A DNA stretch of 64,000 bases, from NCBI GenBank assembly GCA_002498125.1, contig DAGG01000030.1:3-64002 (forward strand). The letters are read 5' to 3'. The notes beneath the pieces were generated by a model. That model saw only the letters and a program-made list of their open reading frames with translations. It was not told the origin of the DNA and ran no database searches. Positions 1 through 10,175 of this stretch are shown one piece after another. This DNA is from Candidatus Woesearchaeota archaeon UBA525. GTDB taxonomy: Archaea; Nanobdellota; Nanobdellia; Woesearchaeales; UBA525. Made by a program: the position numbers and the translations under genes. Each line of letters starts with the position of its first letter. The first letter of the stretch is position 1.

Positions 1-756
1 CTCTGTGCTCACGTTACCTATGACCAAACCGAGAGGTGGCAGCTGCCCCTGGCCTGCGGGGCAGTCATCGTTGGGGTCTGTGAAGTAATAGTATCTGGTC
101 TGCGACTGATTCTGCAGCATGGGCAGCAGCAACTGGTAGTTGATGACCTCTCCGTTGAACCCTTGCGTGAAATTCGTGAGCAAGGCTCCGAAGAACAACT
201 TGCCACTTGCATCCTTGAGCGCGACCATGGCAAATGTCTGCGGCTGCCCAGCCTCATCGAGCTTGTACGTGTACGTCCCTGGAGCAGTAAGGGTGAGGCC
301 GCCGAACTGCACCGTGATGTTGTTCGAGAATGTCGCCGTCGCTGATGTGAGACCTGAGCTGTTGAGCCCGTAGAACGCATCGATCTCCGCACGGGTCGCC
401 GGCGTCACTGAAGAGAACACGAGCGTGAGCGGATCATACACTGAAGCATATACCTCGTGAGCTATGTCGGGTTGGAGGCAGTCGAAGAGCAGGTTCTTGC
501 TCATGATCTCCCCGCCACTGAACATGTCGCTCTGCGGGAAGTCATACCCGTCAACACGCACACCGACACCGTACTGGCCTGACCATTCAGTCACAGGGAT
601 GTGATGCGCGATGATCATGGAGTAGATGTTCCCTGCCGAGCCAGAGAAAGATGCGTAGCCAACGTAATCGCCTACGACACGCAACCCTTGGACTGCGAAA
701 AAGACGAGCAGGATGATCATACAGGCATGGAGCGTTTTCTTCAGCGCGGGGTTCAT
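1..756 (-). CDS. Secreted/surface hypothetical protein, runs off the window
   Basis: Not in the ORF track. Read manually from ATG at 756, which overlaps the TGA of 753..3704: MNPALKKTLHACMIILLVFFAVQGLRVVG...; N-terminal hydrophobic segment and open frame to position 1. Confidence 0.8.
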   Translation of the reverse strand, partial: MNPALKKTLHACMIILLVFFAVQGLRVVGDYVGYASFSGSAGNIYSMIIAHHIPVTEWSGQYGVGVRVDGYDFPQSDMFSGGEIMSKNLLFDCLQPDIAHEVYASVYDPLTLVFSSVTPATRAEIDAFYGLNSSGLTSATATFSNNITVQFGGLTLTAPGTYTYKLDEAGQPQTFAMVALKDASGKLFFGALLTNFTQGFNGEVINYQLLLPMLQNQSQTRYYYFTDPNDDCPAGQGQLPPLGLVIGNVSTE

Positions 757-3704
757 GCCATCGCCTCCATGCCCAGACGTCTCGCCATGCCTGTGACTGC
801 CTGGACCAGCTGCTGCTGCCGCTCAGGGTCGAGCCGCTCATAGATACGCGTGAGCTTCTCGTATGATGCGATGGCATTCTCCAAGTCATTGGTCTTGACG
901 TAACCATCAAGCTCTATCATGACCATGTTGAAGTAGAACCCATCCATCTCGTGCACAAGATCAATGACATCCTCGTACAACTCGTTCTTCGCAGGGATAG
1001 GGAGCGAGTCATAGGTCATCCTGATCTCCCTATACACGAGCTCCGCCTTGTCATAGTCATTAGCTGCGAGCTGGTCCTTGACGTCGCCGATGAGGACACG
1101 GACGTAGTGCGATTTCTCATTCCGGCCCAGACGGTAGATGAGATACTTCGCCTGCTTGAAGATGTCAAAGTAGTAGACCAGATAGGCTGTTAGTATGAAT
1201 GCGACCAGTCCGATGAGCCATAACGGCATCCCGGCGATATCATCACCTGAGAGTATGGCGAAGCCTGTTATGGAGTTCGTCTGTCCTGCATAGGTGCGTG
1301 CGAGCACGGTCTTGATATCCTCCATGCGCGTGAAATCAACACGTCTGGGGATAATGTACGTGATCGTCTCCTCCTGGCCGAAGCTGATGATGGGATCATC
1401 CACTACTATCTCCCCTTTCGTCTTCATATCGATGTCCTTGGCTGACGCGATGACTTCCTTAGGTATGACCTCGTATATCCTGTAGTCTGCCGGCAGGTCT
1501 GCCGCATAGGTGAATGACCTACTGATGATAGTGACGGTCTTCGCTGTCTGGTCAGGGAAGACAGTCTCCACCTGCATGAGCCTGGTGCTGATGGTGAACT
1601 TCTGTTGGTCGGGGGTGAGGAGCTTCGCCAGGCGTTTGCTGTCAGCCATGAACCCATCGATGCCTGCGAGCGCCGCTGCCGCCTCCTGCAGCGAAGGCTC
1701 ATCGAGGTACTTCACATAGGTCTTCGAGTCAGTCACCTTGATTGAAACAGGAGTGGTAGCGACAATTTTCTCGACGCTCTCAAGGATGCGCTCGCGCTCC
1801 GCCTTCCGCGCTGCGCTATCGAGATCGTTGCGGAACTGCAGGTCGCTGACGTCACGTATCGCCTGCTGGACCGATTTCTTCGTGTTGCGCAGCTGACGGT
1901 CAAACCCGAGCATTGCTATCGCGTCTTTCTCCTTCTGACCGTAGCCTGCGAGGTTGGTGATGATTGAATCATATGCATCGACGTACTCCTGCAGGCGCTC
2001 CTCGTCGGCACCTGTGTTCGCGACCTGTGCTTGAGGATCGCCTACTGTGAAGGAGATGATAGGAGAGCTGCCGGTACGCTTACCGTCGGTGCATTCAATC
2101 TTCATGCGGTGCTGTCCTGGTGAGAGTGACCTGACGAACTCACCGGCGCTTGTAGCCTGCGTCGTGCCGTTGGCGCTGAACCAGTCGCCATCAGCGCCGA
2201 GGAGCAATGTACAGGTGCTCGGCTTGTCGTGGACCACCTTGAACTGCATGGCGAGCGGCGATGATACTGTGCTGTCGGCTGCCGGAGCGGTGATCGTCAC
2301 CTGCGGGGCCTTGTCCTGGCTACGCGCAAGACCTACGGGGATGGTTCCTGATCCGTCGATGAGGTATTCCTCGATGAAGTACTCGTAATAAGGCGCTGTG
2401 ATGAAGACGCGGTATACCTCCTCTTCGAGGTCGACATACGCCAGGCCGCCGGTGAGGGTGCGGGTCTTCACGTGCTCATCGGTCTTGGAGTTGGTGATAT
2501 CTATCTCCACATCCTTGAGCCCCTCTCCTGTCTGGTTGTCGAAGACGCGGAAGATGACGCTGCGCACCGGCTTCACAATGTAGGTGATGTTGACTGTCCG
2601 CGTGTTGTTCATCACATCATATGCCGTCAGCCGTTGGGTGTAGTTGCCGGCAACTGCGTGCCTCATCCCGACAACAGTCCCTGTCTGTTGTGTGCCGTCG
2701 CTCAATTGCCACACGAACCTGTAGGGCGCTATGCCGCCGCCAACGGAGGCGGTCATGTTGAACGTCTTGTTGTGCTGGGGCGTCGTGCTGAGCTCGATAC
2801 TGAGGCTCATCGTGTTGATGATGCTGTAGCTGGTGCGGTTCACGCGCGTCTGTCCGCCGTAGCTCGCGGTGCCGTCCACCAGGTAAGGACCTGTCCTGTT
2901 GATGTAGGGAAGTGTAACTGTCTGCGGGAACTCCTGGCTCACTATGAGAGCGCTCGTGCACTGCACGAACCCTGCCTGGTCAGGGCAGATGTCCACACTC
3001 ACATTGGCGCCTGATATCGTATCTATAGTGAGCCGAGCTTGTTCACCGAGGCCGTACTCCGTCTTGTCCATAGTCAGGCGCAGGCTGAAGTCAGGTATGA
3101 TAGTGAGGCTCCGCTCCTGTAGGACGGTGTTGCCTGCGCCGTCGGCGCACTTCACCTGCAGCGTACCGTTGCCGGGTGGAACTGTGTAGTTCTTGGTGTA
3201 GTGCGTATTGCGTGCGACACTGATGGTTTCCAGGGACTGATTATTCCAGGAGACGTCGCATGCGAGCAGCACCGCAGTCTCATCTGCGGGGATGATATCG
3301 AGTGCGACCTGCTTGGCGGTGATGCCTGCCTGCGGGGCGACGATGACGAGCGTCGGGATAGTGGTATCGATGGTGAAGAGTCGTGTCTCGCTCGTCTCGA
3401 CGGTGCCGTTCGTACAGGTCACGTTCCAGGCGAAGGTGCCGGGCACGAGGTTCTGTACCTGCACACTATTCATCGCATTGCTCTGCGCATCGGCGTCTGG
3501 GAACTGCTGATTGTTGATGTTCACTACGCAGCCCTGGAGTTGCGGAAGGCTCACGTAGTAGTCGAAGGTGAGTGTTGTCGAGTTCGTGACTGTCGCGGGA
3601 GCGGGACTGAGGATGTCCACCATCGCATAGGATGGCACTGCCAGAGCGGCCGCGAGCAGGATGATGAGGAATGCCGCGAGGGAGGGAATGGATGCGCGGT
3701 TCAT
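753..3704 (-). CDS. Large membrane-anchored surface protein with Ig-like/PKD-like modules
   Basis: Signal peptide, repeated beta-rich modules (TIDTTIPTLVIVAP; PYRFVWQLSDG PKD-like), many N-x-S/T sequons, late TM helix, cytoplasmic helical tail. Confidence 0.8.
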   Translation of the reverse strand: MNRASIPSLAAFLIILLAAALAVPSYAMVDILSPAPATVTNSTTLTFDYYVSLPQLQGCVVNINNQQFPDADAQSNAMNSVQVQNLVPGTFAWNVTCTNGTVETSETRLFTIDTTIPTLVIVAPQAGITAKQVALDIIPADETAVLLACDVSWNNQSLETISVARNTHYTKNYTVPPGNGTLQVKCADGAGNTVLQERSLTIIPDFSLRLTMDKTEYGLGEQARLTIDTISGANVSVDICPDQAGFVQCTSALIVSQEFPQTVTLPYINRTGPYLVDGTASYGGQTRVNRTSYSIINTMSLSIELSTTPQHNKTFNMTASVGGGIAPYRFVWQLSDGTQQTGTVVGMRHAVAGNYTQRLTAYDVMNNTRTVNITYIVKPVRSVIFRVFDNQTGEGLKDVEIDITNSKTDEHVKTRTLTGGLAYVDLEEEVYRVFITAPYYEYFIEEYLIDGSGTIPVGLARSQDKAPQVTITAPAADSTVSSPLAMQFKVVHDKPSTCTLLLGADGDWFSANGTTQATSAGEFVRSLSPGQHRMKIECTDGKRTGSSPIISFTVGDPQAQVANTGADEERLQEYVDAYDSIITNLAGYGQKEKDAIAMLGFDRQLRNTKKSVQQAIRDVSDLQFRNDLDSAARKAERERILESVEKIVATTPVSIKVTDSKTYVKYLDEPSLQEAAAALAGIDGFMADSKRLAKLLTPDQQKFTISTRLMQVETVFPDQTAKTVTIISRSFTYAADLPADYRIYEVIPKEVIASAKDIDMKTKGEIVVDDPIISFGQEETITYIIPRRVDFTRMEDIKTVLARTYAGQTNSITGFAILSGDDIAGMPLWLIGLVAFILTAYLVYYFDIFKQAKYLIYRLGRNEKSHYVRVLIGDVKDQLAANDYDKAELVYREIRMTYDSLPIPAKNELYEDVIDLVHEMDGFYFNMVMIELDGYVKTNDLENAIASYEKLTRIYERLDPERQQQLVQAVTGMARRLGMEAMA

Positions 3705-3955
3705 CGTTCTCCCTCCAGTAGTCGTTGCAGTTCGCGGAGGAGCTCCTCTTTGCGCTGCTGGTCTCCCTCTTTGATCCTGCGGCCGACCTCTTCGAGAACT
3801 GTCGATGATTCCTGCTGCGCGTACTTGAGCGCCTTCTGGCGCACGACGCTGCGGACCTGCTCGCTGAGGTCGATGTAGTGATGCTCGCGGGTGAAGCTGC
3901 GCAGCTCACTCACGAGACTGCTGGGCATCTTCACACTCACGACGCGCTCAGTCAC
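3701..3955 (-). CDS. Ribbon-helix-helix (CopG/Arc/MetJ) protein
   Basis: VVSVKMPSSLVSELR...DLSEQVRSVVR pattern; overlaps both neighbours. Confidence 0.75.
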   Translation of the reverse strand: MTERVVSVKMPSSLVSELRSFTREHHYIDLSEQVRSVVRQKALKYAQQESSTVLEEVGRRIKEGDQQRKEELLRELQRLLEGER

Positions 3956-4140
3956 TTGCGTCCTCCTCTGGATTCGAGCGCGTACTCGCGGCAGAACTCA
4001 CGTATGGCTTCGGAGCGGTTTGCGAAAAGGCCGCGCTGCACGAGTTGATCGAGAACGTTCACCAGCTCATCTGGTAACCTGACATTCACTGTCTCCAAGC
4101 CGTCACTGTGGTCCAAACGTGGTTCTCCTGTATTACCCAC
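3952..4140 (-). CDS. Ribbon-helix-helix transcriptional regulator
   Basis: TVNVRLPDELVNVLDQLVQRGLFANRSEAIRE, a classic RHH motif. Confidence 0.9.
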   Translation of the reverse strand: MGNTGEPRLDHSDGLETVNVRLPDELVNVLDQLVQRGLFANRSEAIREFCREYALESRGGRK

Positions 4141-4199
4141 GTAGTTTTTACGTATTACGCAGGTATGTCGTTGCTATCTAGTCACTGAATTTGTAGTAC
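4130..4199. promoter_or_regulatory. Putative RHH operator boxes GTA(T/G)TAC
   Basis: GTATTAC at 4130 and 4152 (22 bp apart) and GTAGTAC at 4193, between the TATA-like TTTAAA (~4215) and the RHH start. Confidence 0.4.
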
Positions 4200-4328
4200 C
4201 TACGTATTTTTTGATTTAAAAAGGTTGCGGGACACTGCACCAAGGAATTATTTTCCATATATACGTACATGTTTTCTTACCGGAATTTCAAGGAAGTGCT
4301 TTATAAGAAACACCATCTTACCCCCTGA

Positions 4329-4802
4329 ATGGCCGCCAAGAACGATATCAAGACCACCTATGCCCAACTGGCGAAGAAACACCAGCTCCCGTCATTCGAC
4401 GATCTCAACAAGGACTTCGACATCGACGTCATCGAGGCCGGGACGAAGCACCTCGCCAAGGAGATCGCGAAGAAGGTGTTCGAACGCGTCGAGCTCTTCA
4501 AGAAGATACTAGAAACCGCACTGCAGCCCGACGTCAGCATCCTCAGCATGCAGGAATCGGAGTACCTCACAGAGAACGACCACGAAATCATCGCCGACGT
4601 GCTGCGTAGGCTCATGAAGCTCGACCGCACACTCCTCATCGCAGAGCTGGAGAACGACGACCGACTCTACGTCGGATTCATCAAGGACTCGTACGCAGAG
4701 TGGCCGAGAATAAAGAGAGAGCTCGGACCCATATTCAACCGCATGCTCGGTGGATGGAGCACGAAGCACAAGATCAAGCAGTTCCACCACTACGTGGGAT
4801 AG
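4329..4802 (+). CDS. Hypothetical helical protein
   Basis: TATA (TTTATAAG ~4300) about 25 nt before ATG; genome-typical codon usage. Confidence 0.8.
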   Translation: MAAKNDIKTTYAQLAKKHQLPSFDDLNKDFDIDVIEAGTKHLAKEIAKKVFERVELFKKILETALQPDVSILSMQESEYLTENDHEIIADVLRRLMKLDRTLLIAELENDDRLYVGFIKDSYAEWPRIKRELGPIFNRMLGGWSTKHKIKQFHHYVG

Positions 4803-4865
4803 GCACAGGATTCTCTTTTACAGTTCTAGTCAGTCCCGTTTATAGTTAGTCCCGGTCTAGTTCTG

Positions 4866-5048
4866 TGCCGCCTTGGCATAACTCCGAAGCCTCCGCGCGG
4901 CGACCAGAGGGAGACAGCAAGGCGGAGGCTGAGACAAACCTGCATGCAGCACATGGCCGCGGCACGCAAAGTAATTCACCATCGCCTGAACAACAGCACA
5001 TTGGCCTTGCGCCGCAATGTCCGACTCTGGGAGAGACACCAAGGATCC
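4866..5048. ncRNA. Candidate structured ncRNA, unassigned
   Basis: TTTATAG at ~4839; 9-bp stem AGCCTCCGC/GCGGAGGCT; ACATTG/CAATGT stem; end pairing CCTTGG/CCAAGG; no credible ORF. Confidence 0.35.
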
Positions 5049-5100
5049 TTTCCATAAGGAAGAGGCAGTTTTTTATACACTGCTTTGCGCAGAACGCAAC

Positions 5101-5712
5101 ATGAGAATCATCATCTTCGGACCGCAGGCATCTGGAAAAGGCACACAATCAGAGATGCTCGCGAAAGAGTCAGGCGTCATGCACATCAGCGTCGGCGAAC
5201 GGCTGCGCCAGGAAGCCGCCTCCGGCAGTGCGCTCGGCAAGAGGATGAAGGAGCGCATGGACAAGGGCGAGATGGTGTCCGACGATCTCGTCGAGAAAAT
5301 GATCAAACGCCTCATCGAGGAGTCAGAGGGAAAGTTCGTCCTCGACGGCTTCCCACGCACAGAGGCGCAGGCACGATGGCTTGACCTCATCACGCGGATA
5401 GACCGCATTCTCGTGCTCAGCATCTCAGACAAAACAGCGATTGAACGCATCGGGGGCCGCCGGGAGTGCGCCAAAGGCCACGACTTCCACCTCCTCTACA
5501 AGCCGCCGAAGAAAGAAAACACCTGCGATGAGTGCGGCTTGCCGCTGAAGAAACGTGCCGATGACACATCGGTCGCAATCATGAAACGCCTGCAGCTCTA
5601 CCACGAGCAGACAGAGCCCATGATCAAGCACTACCAAGACCGGATCATCACCATCGACGGCGAGAGATCTATCCCTGACGTGCACCACGCGATACTCAAG
5701 GCGCTGCGATAG
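5101..5712 (+). CDS. adk: Adenylate kinase (bacterial-type, Zn lid)
   Basis: GPQASGKGTQ P-loop, LDGFPRT, Cys/His lid; TATA at ~5070 supports the ATG at 5101. Confidence 0.95.
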   Translation: MRIIIFGPQASGKGTQSEMLAKESGVMHISVGERLRQEAASGSALGKRMKERMDKGEMVSDDLVEKMIKRLIEESEGKFVLDGFPRTEAQARWLDLITRIDRILVLSISDKTAIERIGGRRECAKGHDFHLLYKPPKKENTCDECGLPLKKRADDTSVAIMKRLQLYHEQTEPMIKHYQDRIITIDGERSIPDVHHAILKALR

Positions 5713-5745
5713 ACGGACTTTCAGCAGGAATCTCTCCAGGCCCCC

Positions 5746-6792
5746 TTACCTCTCCCCCTGCACCCTACCGACGCGATAGAGCACCTTCACGACCATTGTG
5801 GCATAGCAGCCTTTAGGCAGCGTGAACGTAAGCCGCTGCTTCTCCGAGCCCTGATGGATGTCGTCGGGCTCACGCAGCCCAATCTCGAGATCCTCGACAG
5901 GGAAGAACGCGTCGCGCTCGTCGCCCTCGACTGTCAGGAACGGCAGGCTGCGCACGACGAAGTCGCGCGGCACCAGTCCCTCGCGAGCGAGGATGGTTTC
6001 GTATAACGATGCAAACGCAGGATCTGACTGCGTGCCGAAACCGAAGAGCGGTATGCTCACGTCCGGCAAGTCGATGCTCGGAACGGCAATCGGCACAGGC
6101 CCATCGACATCGACGGCCGCGGGATCGCTGCGCTTGATATGCGCAGTGAGCACCTCGTTCCACAGGAGCGACTGGTATGAGTGCACATACATGAGGAGGA
6201 TGTTGCGCGGCACGTGCCGAAGCGCAGTAATAGCGTCGTTCGGCTTCAACGAGAGATGCTCCTGCATACGCGGCGCGACTTCACTATCAGTCTCGATGAT
6301 GCGACGCGCAGCTCCGGCGAAATCTCCCTTGATGAGGAGTTTCCCTATCTCAGCGTTCGCGACGCTGAATCGTTGCTCGTCGAAGTAGTTCGGGACCTTA
6401 TTGCGCTCAACAAGAGCCTCATCACCAAGCTTTCGCACAACTATCTCGAATCTGTTCCGCTCGAGCATCCCCAGACGCAACGGTTCATCGAGGAACCCGA
6501 CGAACCTGATCACAATGCCGTTGCGCTTGAAACGCTTGAGCCGCTCAAGGACATCGGAGCGCTCGATCTTCACTGTGATGTACTGCTTCGTGAGCGCACG
6601 CGCATCCTTCGCGCCGGCATAGCCGAGGAATCGCCGAGGAACGCCCAGAGAGTCCGCGATCTCGGAGAGCACCTTCTCAGTGGAGAGTCCGCGCTTGGTC
6701 AGCTCAATGAGAGCGTACGGCCCCTCTTCTTTCACATCATGCTTCGCAACCTCAACAACGATGAAATCCTCAGGGACGGTCTTGAGCTGCAT
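5746..6792 (-). CDS. truD: tRNA pseudouridine(13) synthase
   Basis: PEDFIVVE, GYAGAKDARALTKQY, NYFDEQRF, FTLPKGCYAT motifs. Confidence 0.95.
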   Translation of the reverse strand: MQLKTVPEDFIVVEVAKHDVKEEGPYALIELTKRGLSTEKVLSEIADSLGVPRRFLGYAGAKDARALTKQYITVKIERSDVLERLKRFKRNGIVIRFVGFLDEPLRLGMLERNRFEIVVRKLGDEALVERNKVPNYFDEQRFSVANAEIGKLLIKGDFAGAARRIIETDSEVAPRMQEHLSLKPNDAITALRHVPRNILLMYVHSYQSLLWNEVLTAHIKRSDPAAVDVDGPVPIAVPSIDLPDVSIPLFGFGTQSDPAFASLYETILAREGLVPRDFVVRSLPFLTVEGDERDAFFPVEDLEIGLREPDDIHQGSEKQRLTFTLPKGCYATMVVKVLYRVGRVQGER

Positions 6793-6870
6793 GTTCGACA
6801 GGAAAGAACGGGCGTTTAAGAGGTTTGCTAAGACAGAGGATTTTTATACTGCATCAGATGCAGATACCAC

Positions 6871-7305
6871 ATGGGGAAAATCGATGTACGGCCATGCGTC
6901 GTGCTCATCGAAAGAGGGTCGGTGCTCACCATAAGATGCAAGTACGACGAGGAATTCTACCTACTCCCGGGAGGCGGCGTTGAGCCTGGAGAGACACTTG
7001 TGGAATGCGCGATTAGGGAGATGGAGGAGGAGACAGGGCTACTTGTCGAGATTGAACGCATCGTGTACCTCAATGACTGGATCGCGAACAAAGAACGCAA
7101 TGAACGCGTGATCAACATCTTCTTCCTCGTGCGGCGTATAGGCGGGGAACTCCTGCGCGGAGAAAAAGATGGCGGCAAGGTCAAGGAGGTTGAATGGATA
7201 CCGCTCGAGAAATTCTCAGAAATCGACTTCCGTCCTCACTCCATAGGCGAGCGTCTGCGGCGGGATTATGAGGAAGGATTCCCTGGCGTACCATACTCCA
7301 ACTGA
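6871..7305 (+). CDS. NUDIX hydrolase
   Basis: Nudix box GGGVEPGETLVECAIREMEEETGL. Confidence 0.95.
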   Translation: MGKIDVRPCVVLIERGSVLTIRCKYDEEFYLLPGGGVEPGETLVECAIREMEEETGLLVEIERIVYLNDWIANKERNERVINIFFLVRRIGGELLRGEKDGGKVKEVEWIPLEKFSEIDFRPHSIGERLRRDYEEGFPGVPYSN

Positions 7306-8126
7306 CGCTGCACAAATGCCCCTATCTGCGCCATGGATCCCTGAATGTAGTAGCAGGGTACCTGTGCGGCGAATGACCTACACAGCGCAGTCCTTTTCTT
7401 CGTCAAGTCTTTCGTATCGAGGGAATCCAACTGGTGCGTGAACCCCTTCACGAGCCTCGTGACCCCGCGAATAGGGATGGAAATCTCCCGGTTGAGGTGC
7501 CAAAAGAGATCATCTACATTGAACCTGTACTGGATCGGCTCCGCGAGCCCGTTATCGATGTGCGGATACATGAGGAGCGCCGCATCGCATACAGACCTGT
7601 GCGAGAGCGCATAGAACTCCTCCTGCGTTCCAAGCAGGTCCTTGAGCACACGCTTGCGAGCAGCGACAGAGCGCGATCCACCGATGATACGGTACCGCTC
7701 CAGATCGAGGAGCGTCTTCTCATCGGAGAAGAACGAGAATCCTTCCCTGACCAGCTCCAACATGCAACTCGTCTTGCCGAGATTGGTCGCGCCGCCAAAG
7801 AACACGACACCTCTTCCATCCTTGACTGCGGTGGCGGAGCTGAGCGCATATATACCACGCTCCTGCCTGGCGCGCTCGAGGAGATACTCTGCGGTGGCGA
7901 CCACGTCACGCGCGCTCAGCCCGGGTCCGAAACGGCAGAAAGGGTATTCGAGCACGATGTCATCGCAACCCGATTCTATCACTGAGACATCAGCGGACCC
8001 TTGCACGAGAGAGCCATCCGGTATGAAGTGGAATGTGAACTCATCAGCGAGTATCTCATCGAGCATTTGCTGTCGCGCGACAATCTCCGCCACCGCACCA
8101 TGAGACCCTATGCGCAGCCTATCCAT
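7266..8126 (-). CDS. HprK/PEPCK-fold P-loop kinase-like protein
   Basis: GRGVVFFGGATNLGKTS Walker A plus FSFFSDEK acidic motif. Confidence 0.6.
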   Translation of the reverse strand: MDRLRIGSHGAVAEIVARQQMLDEILADEFTFHFIPDGSLVQGSADVSVIESGCDDIVLEYPFCRFGPGLSARDVVATAEYLLERARQERGIYALSSATAVKDGRGVVFFGGATNLGKTSCMLELVREGFSFFSDEKTLLDLERYRIIGGSRSVAARKRVLKDLLGTQEEFYALSHRSVCDAALLMYPHIDNGLAEPIQYRFNVDDLFWHLNREISIPIRGVTRLVKGFTHQLDSLDTKDLTKKRTALCRSFAAQVPCYYIQGSMAQIGAFVQRQLEYGTPGNPSS

Positions 8127-9198
8127 GCGTCACCTCATAAATCTCCCTAATCCTTTGCACACGCGACTCCAAGTTCCACGAACTCACATCAGACATCGCC
8201 TGCTCGCCGAGCGAACGTCTCAATGCCGCATCCTGTAACAGTATCCGTATGCACTCCGCCAGGCTATCAGGGTCCTCTGGTCTCGCAAGCAGCCCATTGC
8301 TTCCGTGGCGCACGAACTCAGGCATGCTGCAGGAATCAGTCGTCACTATAGCACATCCGCTCGCTGCCGCCTCAAGCATCGTGACCATCACCCCTTCCTT
8401 CGCATAGGAGGGGAATACCGCCACCTTTGCACGAGCGTACGCATCACGCAGTTCTCGATCAGGGACGAATCCACGGAACTCAGCATCTATCCCAAGCGCC
8501 AGGGCTTCGTGCCGCAACCTCGACTCCTCTGGACCAGTACCTATGATCACTGCACGGGCAGGGGTGCTGGAGAGCGCCCGGAGCAAATGATCGACACCCT
8601 TTATCCTGATGAGCCTGCCTGTGTAGAGCACATCTATGTCCCTTTCAGATGCGCCGGCGTACTTGGCGGCATCGACATGCGAGTACACCACCTCCATCTG
8701 CGCTGCAGCGAGATGCGAGTACATCCTCCGCCATGTGCTGCGCACGTACTCAGAGACGCATATGAATGCATCAGGCCTGCGTGTGCTCAGCTCGCCTATC
8801 TCCGAATGGGATGATGGCGTCCCATGCAAATGCAGGACATTCTTCACCCCGTGAGGGACATACAGCGAATCTGTCGCGAAATGCGTCGCTACGAGATTGA
8901 TATCCGATTGCGCATAGAAACCGCATGCCTCTGGCCCAAAGACGCTCCCTTCGAAGTGCCAGCGTAACGGGTCATTTGAGTCGAAGGGATTGGTCATCCC
9001 ACGTTCTTCTGTCCCGGGCAGCAGCACTGTCCGCACATTTTCCTGCACTTGCCGGAAGAGCGTTGAAGGCCGTTCTGTGGATGCGGTGACCAAGGTGACG
9101 TCGAAGTGGTGAGACAGTGCCGGGATGTAGTCTGCGATGAGCCGTTCAGTCCCGCCTACATGAGTGCTGAATATGGGGCTGTGGATAGCGAGCTTCAT
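8119..9198 (-). CDS. Glycosyltransferase family 4
   Basis: GGTER, YTGRLIRIKGVD, FPSYAKEGVMVTMLEAAASG. Confidence 0.92.
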   Translation of the reverse strand: MKLAIHSPIFSTHVGGTERLIADYIPALSHHFDVTLVTASTERPSTLFRQVQENVRTVLLPGTEERGMTNPFDSNDPLRWHFEGSVFGPEACGFYAQSDINLVATHFATDSLYVPHGVKNVLHLHGTPSSHSEIGELSTRRPDAFICVSEYVRSTWRRMYSHLAAAQMEVVYSHVDAAKYAGASERDIDVLYTGRLIRIKGVDHLLRALSSTPARAVIIGTGPEESRLRHEALALGIDAEFRGFVPDRELRDAYARAKVAVFPSYAKEGVMVTMLEAAASGCAIVTTDSCSMPEFVRHGSNGLLARPEDPDSLAECIRILLQDAALRRSLGEQAMSDVSSWNLESRVQRIREIYEVTHG

Positions 9199-10175
9199 CA
9201 GTCGGCCTCCTCCGGGTCCTGCGCGACCTGTTTCACGTCATAGGACCATACCGCGTCGATTATAGTGGAGTCCTTCTTCCACCAGTACACGATTCCCTCA
9301 TACCGCTTGAGGAGCCAGTATCCTATGGCGTAGCATCTGTGCTCCAGCGACATCTGGAGAACCCTTCTCCAATTCACCCGCATCATCGTGTGTTGACGCA
9401 GCGGGAGGAACTCAGGGTATTCGGAGTACAGCATCTCAAGATCCTTACGTATCCTGAACCATACTCGCAGATGCGAATGCACAGAGAACACAGGATAGCA
9501 ATACACTGGTGCGTCATAGAGGACCTTCACCGAACCGGACCCTTCGTGTGTGAGGAGATAATGGGAGAGAAAGGTATCGTCGCCGCGAACCGCGCTCGAT
9601 GCCGGCGGGAAAACGCACGATCGTTTGCCTTCGACTGCGAAACAGGTGCCATGAAAATAGATGCGGGACTGTCGCTCGAAATCAGATGTCGCGCCAGGAT
9701 GGAAACGCGAGACATCAGATACTGCCACCTCAACCTGTGGATCGATACGTTTGATGTTCAGCATCCCCTGCTTGAGCCTCGAGAGCAATGTGCCTGATGG
9801 TGGGCTCTCAAGGTACGGGTATGCGGACGCCACCTTTACCTGCCCGTCCAATGCGCCGAGCATATTGTGGAGCGTCTGCGCCGGGACGAGGAGATCCGCA
9901 TCCATGAACACGATGGGAAAGTCATCGTCGATTGCCTTGAGCATCGCGCGCTGGGCATTGAGCATTCCCCGTTCTGAGCAGAGCGTCGTGATCGGAAATG
10001 AGAGTTCTTCCTCGATATCACGGATCGCCTGGGCAGTGCGATCAGTGCATCCGTTGCAGCAAACCATGACCGAAGGCCTGAGCGCCGATTCCTGGAGTTC
10101 CTTGTCGAGGAAACGCAGTGTCCTCCTGATTGTCCGCTCCTCATTGTACGCCGGAATGCAGAGGTGGAACCTCAT
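9198..10175 (-). CDS. Glycosyltransferase family 2
   Basis: CIPAYNEE, NGCTDRT, FMDAD DxD motif; start MRFHL overlaps the HAD stop. Confidence 0.9.
   Translation of the reverse strand: MRFHLCIPAYNEERTIRRTLRFLDKELQESALRPSVMVCCNGCTDRTAQAIRDIEEELSFPITTLCSERGMLNAQRAMLKAIDDDFPIVFMDADLLVPAQTLHNMLGALDGQVKVASAYPYLESPPSGTLLSRLKQGMLNIKRIDPQVEVAVSDVSRFHPGATSDFERQSRIYFHGTCFAVEGKRSCVFPPASSAVRGDDTFLSHYLLTHEGSGSVKVLYDAPVYCYPVFSVHSHLRVWFRIRKDLEMLYSEYPEFLPLRQHTMMRVNWRRVLQMSLEHRCYAIGYWLLKRYEGIVYWWKKDSTIIDAVWSYDVKQVAQDPEEAD

Noticed and set aside
4866..5048. SRP or RNase P RNA
   Set aside because: No proper SRP helix-8 motif and no GAGGAAAGTCC-type P4
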